Part shown: positions 49,103 through 61,228 of the stretch, one piece after another
How positions within the stretch are numbered: the first letter of the stretch is position 1
Layout: each line of letters opens with the position of its first letter
Assembly: GCF_006345805.1 (NCBI RefSeq)
Contig: NC_042998.1
Span: 160,766,001-160,830,000 of the forward strand
Length of the DNA: 64,000 nucleotides
Origin: Octopus sinensis
Taxonomy: Eukaryota
Direction of reading: 5' to 3'
The notes under the pieces: model-generated
Seen by the model: only the letters and a program-made list of their open reading frames with translations
Database searches by the model: none
Told to the model about the DNA's origin: nothing
Made by a program: the position numbers and the translations under genes

Positions 49103-51219
49103 TTACATACATGCATATGTATGTACATATACACTTATTTAGTTTGGATTAACCATTTCTTTAGTTAAATGATTGATTAGAAGGAAATCATGGTACTACA
49201 TATATATTTTAAAAACTATTCAAAGCATAACCTACAAATACTGTAAGATTTATGTTAGAGTTGTTAATAATAAACAATTACTCTGCATTCTATTTTCAGT
49301 AAAACTAATATATTTTTTAGTGTACTGTTACTTACCTGAGTTGAACACACAAACACAAATTTAATCAAGTTTTACTTTGAAACAAAAGTAGCAATTTGTT
49401 TTAGCAAATTAAAATATGATATGTCAGATAATCATTATACTAATACTTTCAGATATGATTTCAAAAACCCAGCTAAAGTACAATATTTGTCCAGAAACAC
49501 AATTTGATTCAAAGCTTCCACAAATTTGAGTAAAAAGAAAGTTCTGAAAATGTACTGTTTACTCTTTCCATAATAAAAAATGTTTGAAAGAATCTGGGAC
49601 AGATCAAAGTTAAATTTTTTACCTCATACTCAGGGAGTGCAAAATTTCTCATCTCATTTTCAATTCTTTTGAGATCTGAGAATAATGGTTTCTTTAATTG
49701 GTTCAACTAAGCAATCTTAGTTCGTTTTTACACATAAAGCAAATAACAGTGAAACATTAGGTGTAAATTGATTGAACATTGCTTGCCTTTCAGATTTTTT
49801 CCCTTTTTTACTTGAAAAACAAGAAGGAAATCTCTCTTTCTACTTAGAAGCAATATTATTTTTTTTCATGCTTCTAAGGAAAAAAGGTTGTTATTCACCC
49901 CCATTTCTTTTATTTTCTTTTTTTTTTGTTGTTTAAGGATTCACTGATGAGTTTGCAAATTGTATACATCAATGGTAAACACAGTTGTCTTTGATTTTGA
50001 TTTATTCAAGCCAAATTTCTTTGCAACATTTTGTTGTCAGCTGCAGTGATTTTTAAAGTATTTTTTATTTTTTACCTTACATATAACCAGCTGCCAAATC
50101 TTACCCAAATGCTGGTAAATGTACAGTTTTACCTTTTTAAACATATTCAAGATTGGTAAAATAGTGTTTATTTATTGTGTAAAAACATGAAACAAGGAAA
50201 TAATGTATAAAGAGAAAACAGGAACATGAATGTGACAATAACAAAAGCATTTATCTGGAAGATTTTTCAGAAAAATGCTTTAAAGAAATCTTGATTAGGT
50301 TATTCACCTATACACTGGAAAAAAAAACAGGAGAATGCCCTCTTATATTTAATGGGTCATTGGGTCAAATGAAGATAGCTTTTTTTCTTCAAATAGTGTG
50401 TCAAACATGCATCTGTCTTCCTTCAGGCTTTTTGACTCTGGCAAGAAATCATGGGTTTATGTGATCTGAAATGGAAATACCGGGAATTGAACACATCAGT
50501 TCAGTTCTCCACAAGTGTACTATAACTATAACACTCACACAATATGCACTGTTTGCATTTAAGTATTACTCATAAAGTTAGAACATGTAATCAACAGCTG
50601 TATTTTCTTTTCGGTACTTAGACATTTTCTTACTTGCAAATGGAATAATTAATACCCAAATTTTGTTGGATTGGTATCATAAAAAAAAAAAAGTCACCAC
50701 CCCCACAAAAAACCTGATAGCTTTAAGTAAGTTTATAATATGCAGTATATTGCTGAAACCTTATACAAGGTTAGGTAGTTAAAAATGTAATGAAGGTGTT
50801 ATACTGTACAACATCAAAAGAAATTGGAGATGTTTTATGAAAACGAAAGTTATTTCTGAATTTGACAAAATTGAATTTCAGTAAATGCTGTTTCTCTTAC
50901 TAATTTTCTCCTAACTTACCATATCATATAATATTAGTGCACTATATGATTCAGCAGTGTACTGAACCTTGTTCACACTGGATCATGTCATCTGGCTGTC
51001 AATATATCTTCTTTAGAATGAGAACCAATTATTAACATTTTGCTGGATGCCAAAGGGAGTTCTACTAAGAACAGTTATAATGTCTACCATATCTTAGACA
51101 GAATCAGTTGTCCCAATACATCCATGCTGGCAATTTAGTAGATCCTTTAGTGTTTTGAAAAGAATATTTATTACTGCTTTCTATCTAAAATTTCTATTTT
51201 AATATTAAGTTCAATGGGT

Positions 51220-51430
51220 GGTGGGCTGTCAGAACATTTAGCATGCTGGGTAAAATGCTTAGAGGCATTTCATCTTCTTTCACATTCTGAGTTCAAATTC
51301 CACCTAGTCCGACTTTACCTTTCATTCTTTTGGGTCAATAAAGTAAGTATTAGTTGAGCACTGGGTTTGATATAATTGACTTACCCACTTCTCTGAAATT
51401 ATTGGTCTTGCCACAAAATTTGAAATCAAT
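51220..51430 (+). mobile_element. SINE family B
   Basis: GGTGGTGGGCTGTCAGAAC...CTGAGTTCAAATTCC...GACTTTACCTTTCATTC...CACAAAATTTGAAATCAAT. Confidence 0.8.
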
Positions 51431-51813
51431 ATTAAGTCCAAAAGATTTGTCAGATTTGGATTTTATGATAATGGTAAGAAAATGCACACGTTTATCTGGG
51501 TGTATATATGTATGTCTCTATGTGATTGTATATCAATATAACTGTGAGTTGGTATAGATGATACCATATCCAACGACTGCTGCTTTATCTCTGCCCTTGC
51601 ACCATCACTTTCTTTTCTGTCCTTCCTCACAATATGCTTAACCAAACTTTTGGTCTCTTCTTCTTCATTCACCTTGCATCCTTGTCTTCTCACTCTCTTT
51701 CACACAACCCCTCTTGCTTGCTGATCTTCCTCCTCAACAATAGACCAAATAAATGAAATGTAACACTCAACACTTCTTACAGAAAAATCATTTCATCAAT
51801 CCTCAAAATCACA

Positions 51814-52035
51814 TACTCTTTACTATTTGCTTCAGTCATTTGGCTGTGGCCATGCTGGAGCACCGCCTTTTTAGTCGAGCAAATCAACCCCAGGACTTAT
51901 TCTTTGTAAGCCTAGTACTTATTCTATCGGTCTCTTTTTCCAAACTGCTAAGTTACGGGGATGTAAACACACCAGCATCGGTTGTCAAGCGATGTTGGGG
52001 GGAACAAACACAGATACACAAACATATACACACAC

Positions 52036-52070
<35 letters not shown>

Positions 52071-52238
52071 TATACACATATACGACAGGCTTCTTTCAGT
52101 TTCTATCTACCAAATCCACTCACAAGGCTTTGGTTGGCCTGAGGATATAGTAGAAGACACTTACCCAAGGTGCCATGGAGTGGGACTGAACACAGAACCA
52201 TGTGGTTCGTAAGCAAGCTACTTACCACTCCTATGCCT
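51814..52238 (-). mobile_element. Full-length SINE family A
   Basis: Head with GTGTTCAGTCCC, core GGCACCTTGGGTAAGTGTCTTCTACTATA, central TA/TG run, 3' AAAAGGCGGTGCTCCAGCATGGCCACAGCCAAATGACTGAAGC. Confidence 0.9.
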
Positions 52239-52249
52239 ATATATTGACC

Positions 52250-52830
52250 AATTCTTCTTGACATAGACCATCACCAGTTTTCTTTGATTCCAAATTTTAC
52301 CTTATTTTGATAAAAAGATAGTCAAGATGTAGTCTTGACCATGGACTTTTTATTTCTGGCCAAGGCTCCCATTTTTTAGTAGGCAATTTTGCTGCCAGAG
52401 CACATCCTCTGCAGCCTTTTACTACGTTTACAACTTCCTTGTCCATCTGCAGCCAATACACAACTGTGCATAAATGCTTTCATCTTTGTGATCCCTGAAT
52501 GTCCTATATAGAATTCTTTCAACATTTCTTTTGTAAAGTCACAGGTATCACTACCCTTTGCCCATACATCAGTATGCCATTGCATGTTGAATATATATTT
52601 ACCTGTTCAAATCTTTGGTAATATGCCTCAAAGGTGACTCTCCTTCTGGGTTATATTTAAATTTATTTATTGAATTTGCTATATGGTCTGGCGTAAACGT
52701 ATTTGCTGGTTGTGTAACCAACTTCATTAGTTGTAGCATTTGTTGCTGTAACATTTGTTGTTGTTCTTGTTCTTTGAGTTGTTGTTATCTTCTTTTTCTT
52801 CTTCCAATCAGGACTCATGCCATTATCCAC
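52250..52830 (-). mobile_element. Ty3/Gypsy LTR retrotransposon pol remnant (integrase zinc-binding region and core start)
   Basis: YSTCNGILMYGQRVVIPVTLQK, then (frameshift) MLKEFYIGHSGITKMKAFMHSCV and PWSRLHLDY. Confidence 0.85.
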
Positions 52831-53061
52831 AAAGAATAATCTCTAATTCGAGTCTACTCTAAGCTACTAAGATTGTGTGTGGCAACTTGAAGATCCACTC
52901 ACCACATGTGTGGTTGCATGGGCACGATAGTTATGTTGTTATCCTCATTCCGTAAATGGTGGGTTTTAATGGGTGGAGAGCTGAACCATCCTGGGGTACA
53001 GAGGATTCACAATCTAGACTAGGGTTTGAAAGTTTACCACACCATGGTTCCTCTGCTTTGT

Positions 53062-53256
53062 GGCAGAAGTAGGAAGAAAGAGCGAGAGAAAGTTGTGATG
53101 AAAGGGTACAGCGGGGTTCCCTCGCCCCTGCCGGAGCTTCGTCGAGATTAGGTGCTTTTGCTCAATAAACACTCACAGTGCCTGGTCTGGGAATCGAAAC
53201 TGCTTTCTTACAACCATAAGTCTGCTGCCCTAACCACTGGGCCATTGCACTTCCAC
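53062..53256 (-). mobile_element. SINE family C, 5' half
   Basis: GGAAGTGCAATGGCCCAGTGGTTAGGGCAGCAGAC...GTTTCGATTCCCAGACCAGGC; matches 22054-22245. Confidence 0.9.
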
Positions 53257-53784
53257 AGTTGTTGTTGTTGCTGTTTTTGCAACTCAACTAGACCCTCTAA
53301 CAAGTTTTCCATAATTTTATGGGTTTTTTTGTAAAATATGTACAAGAAAAATGTTTGTTACTCACTCCTCTGTTGCATGTTTAATTTCTCCACATGAAAA
53401 AATTTCAAATGTCCATGTGACTTGCTTATTTTCTTGTGAAAAAAATTTTTTTAAACGTTGTCCACATGAATTGTTTCTATCCTCGTTACCACTGTTATAA
53501 TGTGGATCCTTGTCCACTTGTATGTTGTTGTTGACACTGTAATATTCTTGTTGCCACTATATTGCTGTGGCAATATTCGACATCTTATTACCTTCAACTC
53601 GTCTATCGTGTTATCAGTGACTTGAAACGTTTACTTTGATGTTTAACTTGAACTCATATATATCATGTAACTGAAACTTACTCTAACTGAGAACTTGTAC
53701 AATGACTCTACTACTACTGACTTCCTACACCGACTGACTGTCTGACTTTATAGTGGGAAGGGGAGTACCATTTTCACTACAGTT

Positions 53785-54170
53785 ACTTATTTCTTTATTG
53801 CCCACAAGGAACTAAACATAGAGGGGACAAACAAAGACAGACAAAGGGATTAAGTCGATTACATCGACCCCAGTGTGTAACTGTTATTTAATTTATCGAC
53901 CCCGAAAGGATGAAAGGCAAAGTCAACCTCGGTGGAATTTGAACTCAGAATGTAATGGCAGACGAAATACCACTAAGAATTTCACCTGGCGTGCTAATGT
54001 TTCTGCCAGCTCGCTGCCTACATTACAGTTTCTATCTACCAAATCCGCTCAGAAGGCTTTGGTTAGCCTACGGCTACAAACAATTCATTTACCCAAGGTG
54101 CCACACAATGGGAGTGAACCCAAAATCATGTGGTTAAGAAGCAAGCTTCTTATCACACAGCCACACCTAT
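53785..54170 (-). mobile_element. SINE family B (53785-54017) next to a SINE family A head (54025-54170)
   Basis: Diagnostic blocks of both families. Confidence 0.85.
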
Positions 54171-54624
54171 TACAATTTTGGCAGCAAAGTAATCCAGTTG
54201 TTAAAATTTCAGGAGTCAAAGTAAAACTGTTATTAAAAATTTGGCAGCTCACCACAACAAATAATACTTAACAAATCATGACAATACAGCATGTCTACTT
54301 GTTAGCAATAATGTATATATCATACACAACTGAACAAGCTGTAATTGATATAGTGCTCTTACACTTTAATGTAATGTTTACTGTCATCATGTTCTTGTAA
54401 TTGTCTTTTTATTTGCAAAACTAATTCAATGGTAACTTTAAAGGATACATATATAAATTTGTGTGTGTGTGTGTTTGCGTGTGTGTGTGTGTGTATACAT
54501 AACACTTTTTAAGTTATCTCTACAGATTTTTTTTATAGAATTTAGGGCCAGTACTTCTATGTAGATAATGCAAATGAAGATAGAAAAATAGGTAATGGCT
54601 ATATATACATATTTCAGGAGTTAT

Positions 54625-55815
54625 ATGCACAAAATTCGAAAATTCCTTCCGAAATAGATGGGTTGAATGCAGTAACTGTCGTGTTTCGATCTGCTTTCAA
54701 TGTGCCACAAACTTTCAGAAGATCCCAGGTCAAAAGAAAGGACACCATACTTCTATGATGGATAAACTCTGGGAAATGGTCCAGCTACCAAACTGGTCAT
54801 TTCATTGCCTGACTTGTGTGGTGACTTGTGTGTCCCCTGCCACCATTGCTGCTGAACAGCAACAACAAAACCCCTGTCTTCCGCTGCCATTGCTGCTGAA
54901 CAGCAAAAACCAACTACTTTGTCTCCCAAAACCAGTCCTGTTGATAAAGAACGACAGCAAAAAATGAATCCGCCCATGTCTTCCTCCCCTGTCACTCTTC
55001 AACAGCAGCAACAAAAATCGGCCATTCATGTTGAAGAACAACAAAAACAGAAACTTAAACCCCCTATGTCTTCCTCCCCTATTGCTCTTCGACAACAAAA
55101 ATTGATCATTCCAGCTGAAGTACATCAGCAGGAACAAAAACCAACCATGCCCTCCTCTCCTGATGCTTCCCAACTAAAACAGAGATCGACCATCAGCACA
55201 GAAGTTGCAGAAATTAGACGAATGATTTCTGCTTTGAGTCGTGAAGTAGCTCAGAACCAGTGTCTGTCCAAAAACCCGCAGCGAAGGGTCATTTTGGAGT
55301 GCCCTGCTCAGCAACTTACCTGTAGCTCGTACAGAACCTCAACGCATCGAGGGAGTTGCTTACCAGCCACTCATGAATTAATAGCCATCGGAGTGCCGGA
55401 AGATGTGGCAGATCTGCAGGCATTCATTGGAAACACAGCTAGGGATCTCAGCTGTGTCCCTCCAAAAAGTGCTTCCCGCCTTGGCCGACCGGGATCCAAA
55501 CCCAGGCTGATCAGGCTGTTGTTTACGGGCTTTACTGAGGCGCAGACATTCCATCTGGCTGCTGACAGAGCTCGGCGTGACAACATTATCAACTTTAGAA
55601 CACGTCCTGGCCTACCACCCGATGTACGCCCAAAGCTAAGATCCGTGGCTTCCCTAAATCACAACTCTGTGCCACGGGAGAGTTTTAGCCTCCGCGATGA
55701 TGGGCAGATCTGGAAATTTGTCAAGTCTGGTGAGTCGTGGATAAGGGATGCCAGTTGGACTGAGCAGACTACACGCACAACAACAACTGGCAATACAAAA
55801 ATCTTAGGAAACTAA
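54625..55815 (+). pseudogene. LINE ORF1: PHD-like finger, Q/P/S-rich repeats, C-terminal domain; 5'-truncated, one frameshift
   Basis: RWVECSNCRVSICFQC...NWSFHCLTC in one frame; 298-aa frame 54919-55815 with RLGRPGSKPRLIRLLF, typical of CR1/L2 ORF1 C-termini. Confidence 0.75.
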
Positions 55816-55859
55816 CCAAGAACAATCAGCCATTCCCTGTATATCATCATCTGAAATCC

Positions 55860-58634
55860 AGATATAAACTGCTGTCCTTGAATGCCCGTAGTTTATACAA
55901 TAAGGTGCATCTTTTTGTCTCCTACATCAAAAGTATCAACCCAGATTTCATCACAATCACGGAAACATGGGCACACTCTGCACTCTATGATGGAGTTTTC
56001 AGCATAGCCGGCTACAACCTGTTCCGCAAAGACCGCATTAATCGCCGTGGAGGGCGTGTGATGATTTATGTTCGATGAAGTCTATCGGCGATCCCCCCCC
56101 TGTGATGATTTGAACCAATCTCAGCAGGAGGTATTTTTCTGCAATATACACATGACCATGTCAACACTTCTGCTCGGAGTCATTTACCATCCTCCAAATT
56201 ATCGCCAAGACGCACAGCTTTTTGATATCCTCAGAGCTGCTGCCATGAAAACAGCCACATATGTGTATATTGCAGGGGACTTCAATTTCCCTGAGATTGA
56301 CTGGGAGGCCTTCCGTTGGCCGCAAAGTGCAGACGATTTCCTTGAACTGGTGCTGAATTCAAATTGGTCCCAAGTTGTTACCTCCCCCACAAGGGGTAAC
56401 AACACTTTGGATCTGCTACTTACCGCTTCTCCTGAAACAATCATTAGTGTCACTACCGAAGAACCTTTAGGTGACTCTGATCATTCCATGATCATGGCCG
56501 ACTTGTCTCTGATTGGTTGTAACAAAAAACACAACCATCTTCAGACTGCCCGCTTTGACTGGAATAAAGCAAACTGGAGCTCTTATTGTACTGAGCTGCA
56601 ACGCCCAAACTGGCACGAATTTTATGCCTCTGGAGATGTGGACACTATACTCCAGAACATTCTGAATTCAATATGGGCAGCATGTGCAGCATCAGTACCA
56701 CACAAGCACAAAAAACCACCCAATAGTGCAATTTGGGAGACTGCAGCAGTCCGACTTGCCAGGAAAGAACGTTGTAATACTGAATGGGAATACAAATTGC
56801 ACAAATCAGAGAGCAACAGGAAAAAGCGCAATAGGTCAGCCAACCACCTCAAGCAGGTGACAAAAAAGGCAGTGCTTGAATTTGAACAACGCATTGCAGC
56901 TAACCCTGACAGCAAAGTGTTCTGGAAGTATGTGCACTCAAAGCAGAGACCCCACTCTCCAGTTGGTCCCCTTCGCAATCCCCACACAGGACAGATTACT
57001 GGCAATCCCGAAGAATGTGCAGAAATCATTGCTGGATGCTGTGCCGGCATCTTTACTGTCGAAGACCAAAATGTTCCATCTTCATCACCACTGACATCGG
57101 ACTCTATATCTACTATGCAATTTACACCAGCAATGCTGCAACGCCACCTAAAGAATAAACGCAATTATGCCTCTCCTGGTCTCGATGGTGTTACATACCT
57201 ACTTCTCAAACGTGGTGGGTACTTTCTTCTAAGCCAACTTTCTCTATTCTTCCAATTCTGTCTTGACAATGGTGTTACTCCAGAACAGTGGAAAACTGCC
57301 AGTGTCATCTCTCTGTTCAAAAAAGGCGACCGCACATCGCCTGTCAACTATCGCCCTGTCAGTCTTACTAGCTGCATCACCAAACTGATGGAATCCTGTA
57401 TCAGAGAAACCCTCTGGAACTTCTGAAAGTCTCACAGCCTCATCCAGCCGTCACAATTCGGATTTATTCCTAACTCCAGCTGCTGTAATCAACTCATTGA
57501 GTTTCTTGAGGACGTTACCCAAATCACTGATCGCGGATCCTGGGTGGATGTTGTTTACCTGGACTTTGCTAAGGCTTTTAACTCTGTGCCACACAAAAGA
57601 CTTATGGTGAAGCTTCTGCGTTGGGTGTAAGAGACGAACTCTATAACTGGTTGAAGTCCTTTATTTTCAGCCGAAAAGAGGTTGTCACAGTTCTAGGACA
57701 GCACTCTTCACCCTATGAGATGACATCTGGTGTACCACAGGGATCTGTTCTTGGCCCCCTTTTATTTGTTGCATATGTTAATGACATAGATGCCAACTTA
57801 AAGAATGCCACAGTGCTGAAATATGCAGATGACATCAAGCTGTACCTCGAAATAAAGAGGTCAAATCCTGTACACTATAGATCTCTATTGCAAGCAGACC
57901 TGGACACAATGCAGCAGTGGATCATGGACTGGCAACTCATGCTGGCTGTGGACAAATGTACCACCATGCATTTTGGGAGGAGAAACCCAGCGTCCACCTA
58001 CTCCCTCCACAACACTAGTCTCAAAAAGTCTTCATGTGAACGTGACCTGGGTGTTATTGTCGACAGTGATTTGCGTTGGACAAAACACATCGCTAAAATT
58101 GTCAAGAAGGCTGAGGGTGTCTTGGCATCACTCACCAAATCCTTTGTGAGCTGCTCTCCGGCTATATATCTGCGGCTTTATATAGCTATGGTAAGACCTC
58201 ACCTGGAATTTGCATCACCGGTCTGGAACCCCTATCTTACCCAGGATATCAATCGTCTGGAAGCTGTTCAGCAACGTGCAACCAAAAGAATACCCTCCAT
58301 CAGGCATTTGCCATATCCTGAACGCCTTACTTCCCTGGGCATGGACACATTGAAACTCCGACATCTGGCAGCTGATTTGGCAGACACCCATAAAATTATC
58401 AACCATCGTACAAACAATAACTCTGAGCACCTTTTCAAACTCCACCCATCTAACACCCGTGGACATATTTACAAAGTAAGAAAACAGCACAGCTCCCATG
58501 ACTTCAGGAAACATTTTTTCACGCTGAGAGTTGCTGAAGCATGGAACAAACTGCCGGCATCAGTTGTTAGTTGTCGGAGCACTGCATCCTTCAAAACTTC
58601 CATGCTTCCTGAGATTCGCCAACACTACACTTGA
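55860..58634 (+). pseudogene. LINE ORF2 endonuclease-reverse transcriptase with three lesions
   Basis: LNARSL, ITETW, GDFNFP, LDLLL, SDH, PGLDG, NYRPVSLTS, QFGF, YLDFAKAF, GVPQGSVLGPLLF, YADD, DLGV. Frameshift near 56070, in-frame TGA at 57424-57426, frameshift near 57617. Confidence 0.95.
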
Positions 58635-59057
58635 TTTTCTCCCCTCCATACACACACAAGCATGTATCTGACTCATACATTGTTCGCTTTCCAGACATTT
58701 CTACATTACTGCATGTACTTTATATGCACTTTCTGACAAGTTGTGGTGCACCTGAGCACTATATACAATAATTTCATTATATTATATTATATTATATTTC
58801 AGCACCACATCCAACTAATTAACTATCCTCAAACACATTGCTGAAAAAGCCACTAAGTTTAGCGGTGCAACATGATTGGATAGATCAATTCACATATTAA
58901 ACATATTCCCGGCAACTGGTACACACAAATCAATTGATGGTAGAGACACAGTATTTTGTTTTGCAACTATAATTTTACTACTAAGTATATTAAAAGTATA
59001 AACTGTGTCCTACATTTTGTGTTATACTGGATTATGTGTATTGATAAACAAAAGTCA

Positions 59058-59345
59058 TCATCATCATTGTTTAACGCCTGTTTTCCATGCTAGCATGGGT
59101 TGGACGTTTTGACTGGGGTCTGGGAAGCCAGGAGGCTGCACCAGGCTCCAGTTTGATCTGGCAGTGTTTCTACAGCTGGATGCCCTTCCTAATGCCAACC
59201 ACTCCGTGAGTGTAGGGGGTGCTTTTTACGTGCCACTGGCACAAGTGCCAGGGGAGGCTGGCAACGGCCATGATTGGTTGGTGCTTTTTATGTGTCACCA
59301 GCACAGAAGCCAGTCAAGGCTGCGCTGGCATTGGCCACGTTCGGA
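59058..59345 (-). mobile_element. RTE LINE 3' UTR and tail
   Basis: (CAT)n-GTTTAACGCCTGTTTTCCATGCTAGCATGGGTTGG...GGATGCCCTTCCTAATGCCAACCACTCC. Confidence 0.92.
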
Positions 59346-59700
59346 AGTATTTTCATTAATTTTTTTCCTAGATGTCCTCAATTGTATGATGTCCACTTCC
59401 ATTGCTTTTATAATTCCCTTATTTATTAATTTTAAGGGATAACTCTGTTTGTGGCAGGAAGCCTTTAAGTTCATTATACTGGCAAAAAAAAAACAGTTCT
59501 CTTTGCCAACATGAAAGAATCTGGTGACAGCATATCCTAGAAAAAGAATTCCATAAACTCCACAGAGCAAACATCAGGAAATATGTAGAAACAGATTCAA
59601 GATCTTTCCTTTCTACAAATGCCCAAGGGATTACCAAACATTCCAGAAGGCAATGAAACTACATTTTATAAAATAACTTTTACCTAAACTAAATGTGCAA
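59345..59700 (-). mobile_element. Penelope-like RT C-terminal fragment
   Basis: KQSYPLKLINKGIIKAMEVDIIQLR resembles the PLE RT thumb/linker region. Confidence 0.6.
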
Positions 59701-60025
59701 AAAACATATCTATATAACATGAGAAATTCTTATTAAAAATATTAGTTACCCAGATGAACCAAACCAGATTACCACTGGATATTATTATTAATAATTTTCA
59801 CATTAATGTTACTAAAATAACTGGAAAAATCCACTTGGAACTACATTTTATAAAAAAAATTTATACCAGAATTAAACATGTAAGAAATATATTTATAAAA
59901 AATGAGAAATTCTTTTTGTAAAAAAAATTACTTTCACAGACGAAACCAAACCAGATTACCTGTGGATATTATTATTAATAATGTTCTCATTACTGTTACT
60001 AAAATAACTAGAAAAATTCACGTAA
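59690..60025. repeat. Local direct duplication, period about 183 bp
   Basis: ATGAGAAATTCT at 59719 and 59902; AACCAAACCAGATTACC...GGATATTATTATTAATAAT...TGTTACTAAAATAACT.GAAAAAT in both. Confidence 0.85.
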
Positions 60026-60274
60026 CATCCAACACACAACACACACACCCTCTCACATGCATATGCTCAAACAAATACACATACAAACACACACACACAT
60101 TTAAAAGCCTCCCCAAATAATTCCATAGATTCTATTTACTACACTTGGGCAACATGACAACTGACCAAAAGAATTTTGTCAGTTAAACAATGACTAAAAG
60201 AAATTTATTGAAATTTATAAAAAAATTCAACTTCTTGGACCTGTCATCAATTTCAACCATCCCCAGTAAAACAC

Positions 60275-60287
60275 CCCTTTCTTTCCT

Positions 60288-60343
<56 letters not shown>

Positions 60344-60603
60344 TCCTTCCTTCTTTCTTTCTTTTTTCCTTCTTTCTTTCCTTCCTTCCTTCCATCTTTC
60401 TTTCCTTCCTTCTTTCTTTCTTTCTTTCCATCCTGCCTTCTTTCCTTCCATCCTGCCTTCCTTCTTTCCTTCCTTCCTTCCTTCCTTCTTTCCTTCCTTC
60501 CTTCTTTCCTTCCTTCCTTCCTTCCTTCCTTCTTCCTTCCTTCCTTCCTTCTTTCCTTCCTTCCTTCTTTCTTTCTTTCTTCCTTCCTTCCTTCCTTCCT
60601 TCC

Positions 60604-60634
<31 letters not shown>

Positions 60635-60733
60635 TTCCTTCCTTCCTTCTTCCTTCCTTTCTTTCTTTCCTTCTTTCCTTCTTTTCTTCTTTCCTTCCTT
60701 CCTTTCTTCCTTCCTTCCTTCCTTCCTTTCTTT
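60275..60733. repeat. Polypyrimidine/polypurine (CTTT)n/(CTTC)n tract, followed by (CA)n to about 60812
   Basis: About 460 bp almost exclusively C/T on the + strand. Confidence 0.95.
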
Positions 60734-60753
60734 GCAAGATTCACAACACACAC

Positions 60754-60810
<57 letters not shown>

Positions 60811-60984
60811 ACATACAGGTATAGATTCAAAATGTCAAAGAATATCTCAAACAGCCACTCCCAAAACACCCTCTTCCCAAACCTCAAGGAAACAAATTCA
60901 ACTCCATATTTTTATTCAACAAACTCACATACATATAAAAGGTATAAATTTTCTATAAGGGATCATTCATGATAACATTATTGT

Positions 60985-61190
60985 CACACTGCCTTCTGCG
61001 CATGCGTGGTACTATTGTCATCACATGATCGAAGTTTGAGCCTGATTGTGCCATTCTTCTTTCTGGTTTTACAGTGTAAGCATGGCCACTCCACTAGCAA
61101 TATGCAACAAAGAAGAACAAAGAGCAGTGATCCGATTTCTCTGGTTGGAAGGTGTGTCAGGTGCTGAAATTCATCAGAGGCTTTTTTTGA
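60985..61190 (+). mobile_element. mariner 5' fragment
   Basis: ATG at 61081: MATPLAICNKEEQRAVIRFLWLEGVSGAEIHQRL, a mariner N-terminal HTH start. Confidence 0.8.
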
Positions 61191-61228
61191 TTCTCCCGTG
61201 TGTATATATATATATACACACACATATA

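Larger units (their letters stand above)
54625..58795 (+). mobile_element. Near full-length CR1-like LINE (ORF1 with PHD-like finger, ORF2 APE plus RT, (ATT)n tail)
   Basis: See the ORF features; 3' UTR 58635-58770, then TACAATAATTTCATTATTATTATTATT. Confidence 0.95.

Noticed and set aside
57424-57426. In-frame TGA in LINE ORF2 that A-to-I editing could recode to Trp
   Set aside because: Two flanking frameshifts inactivate ORF2 regardless.
60183-60972. 184-260-aa K/E/R-rich and F/L/S/P-rich ORFs
   Set aside because: Translation of the (CTTT/CTTC)n tract on both strands.
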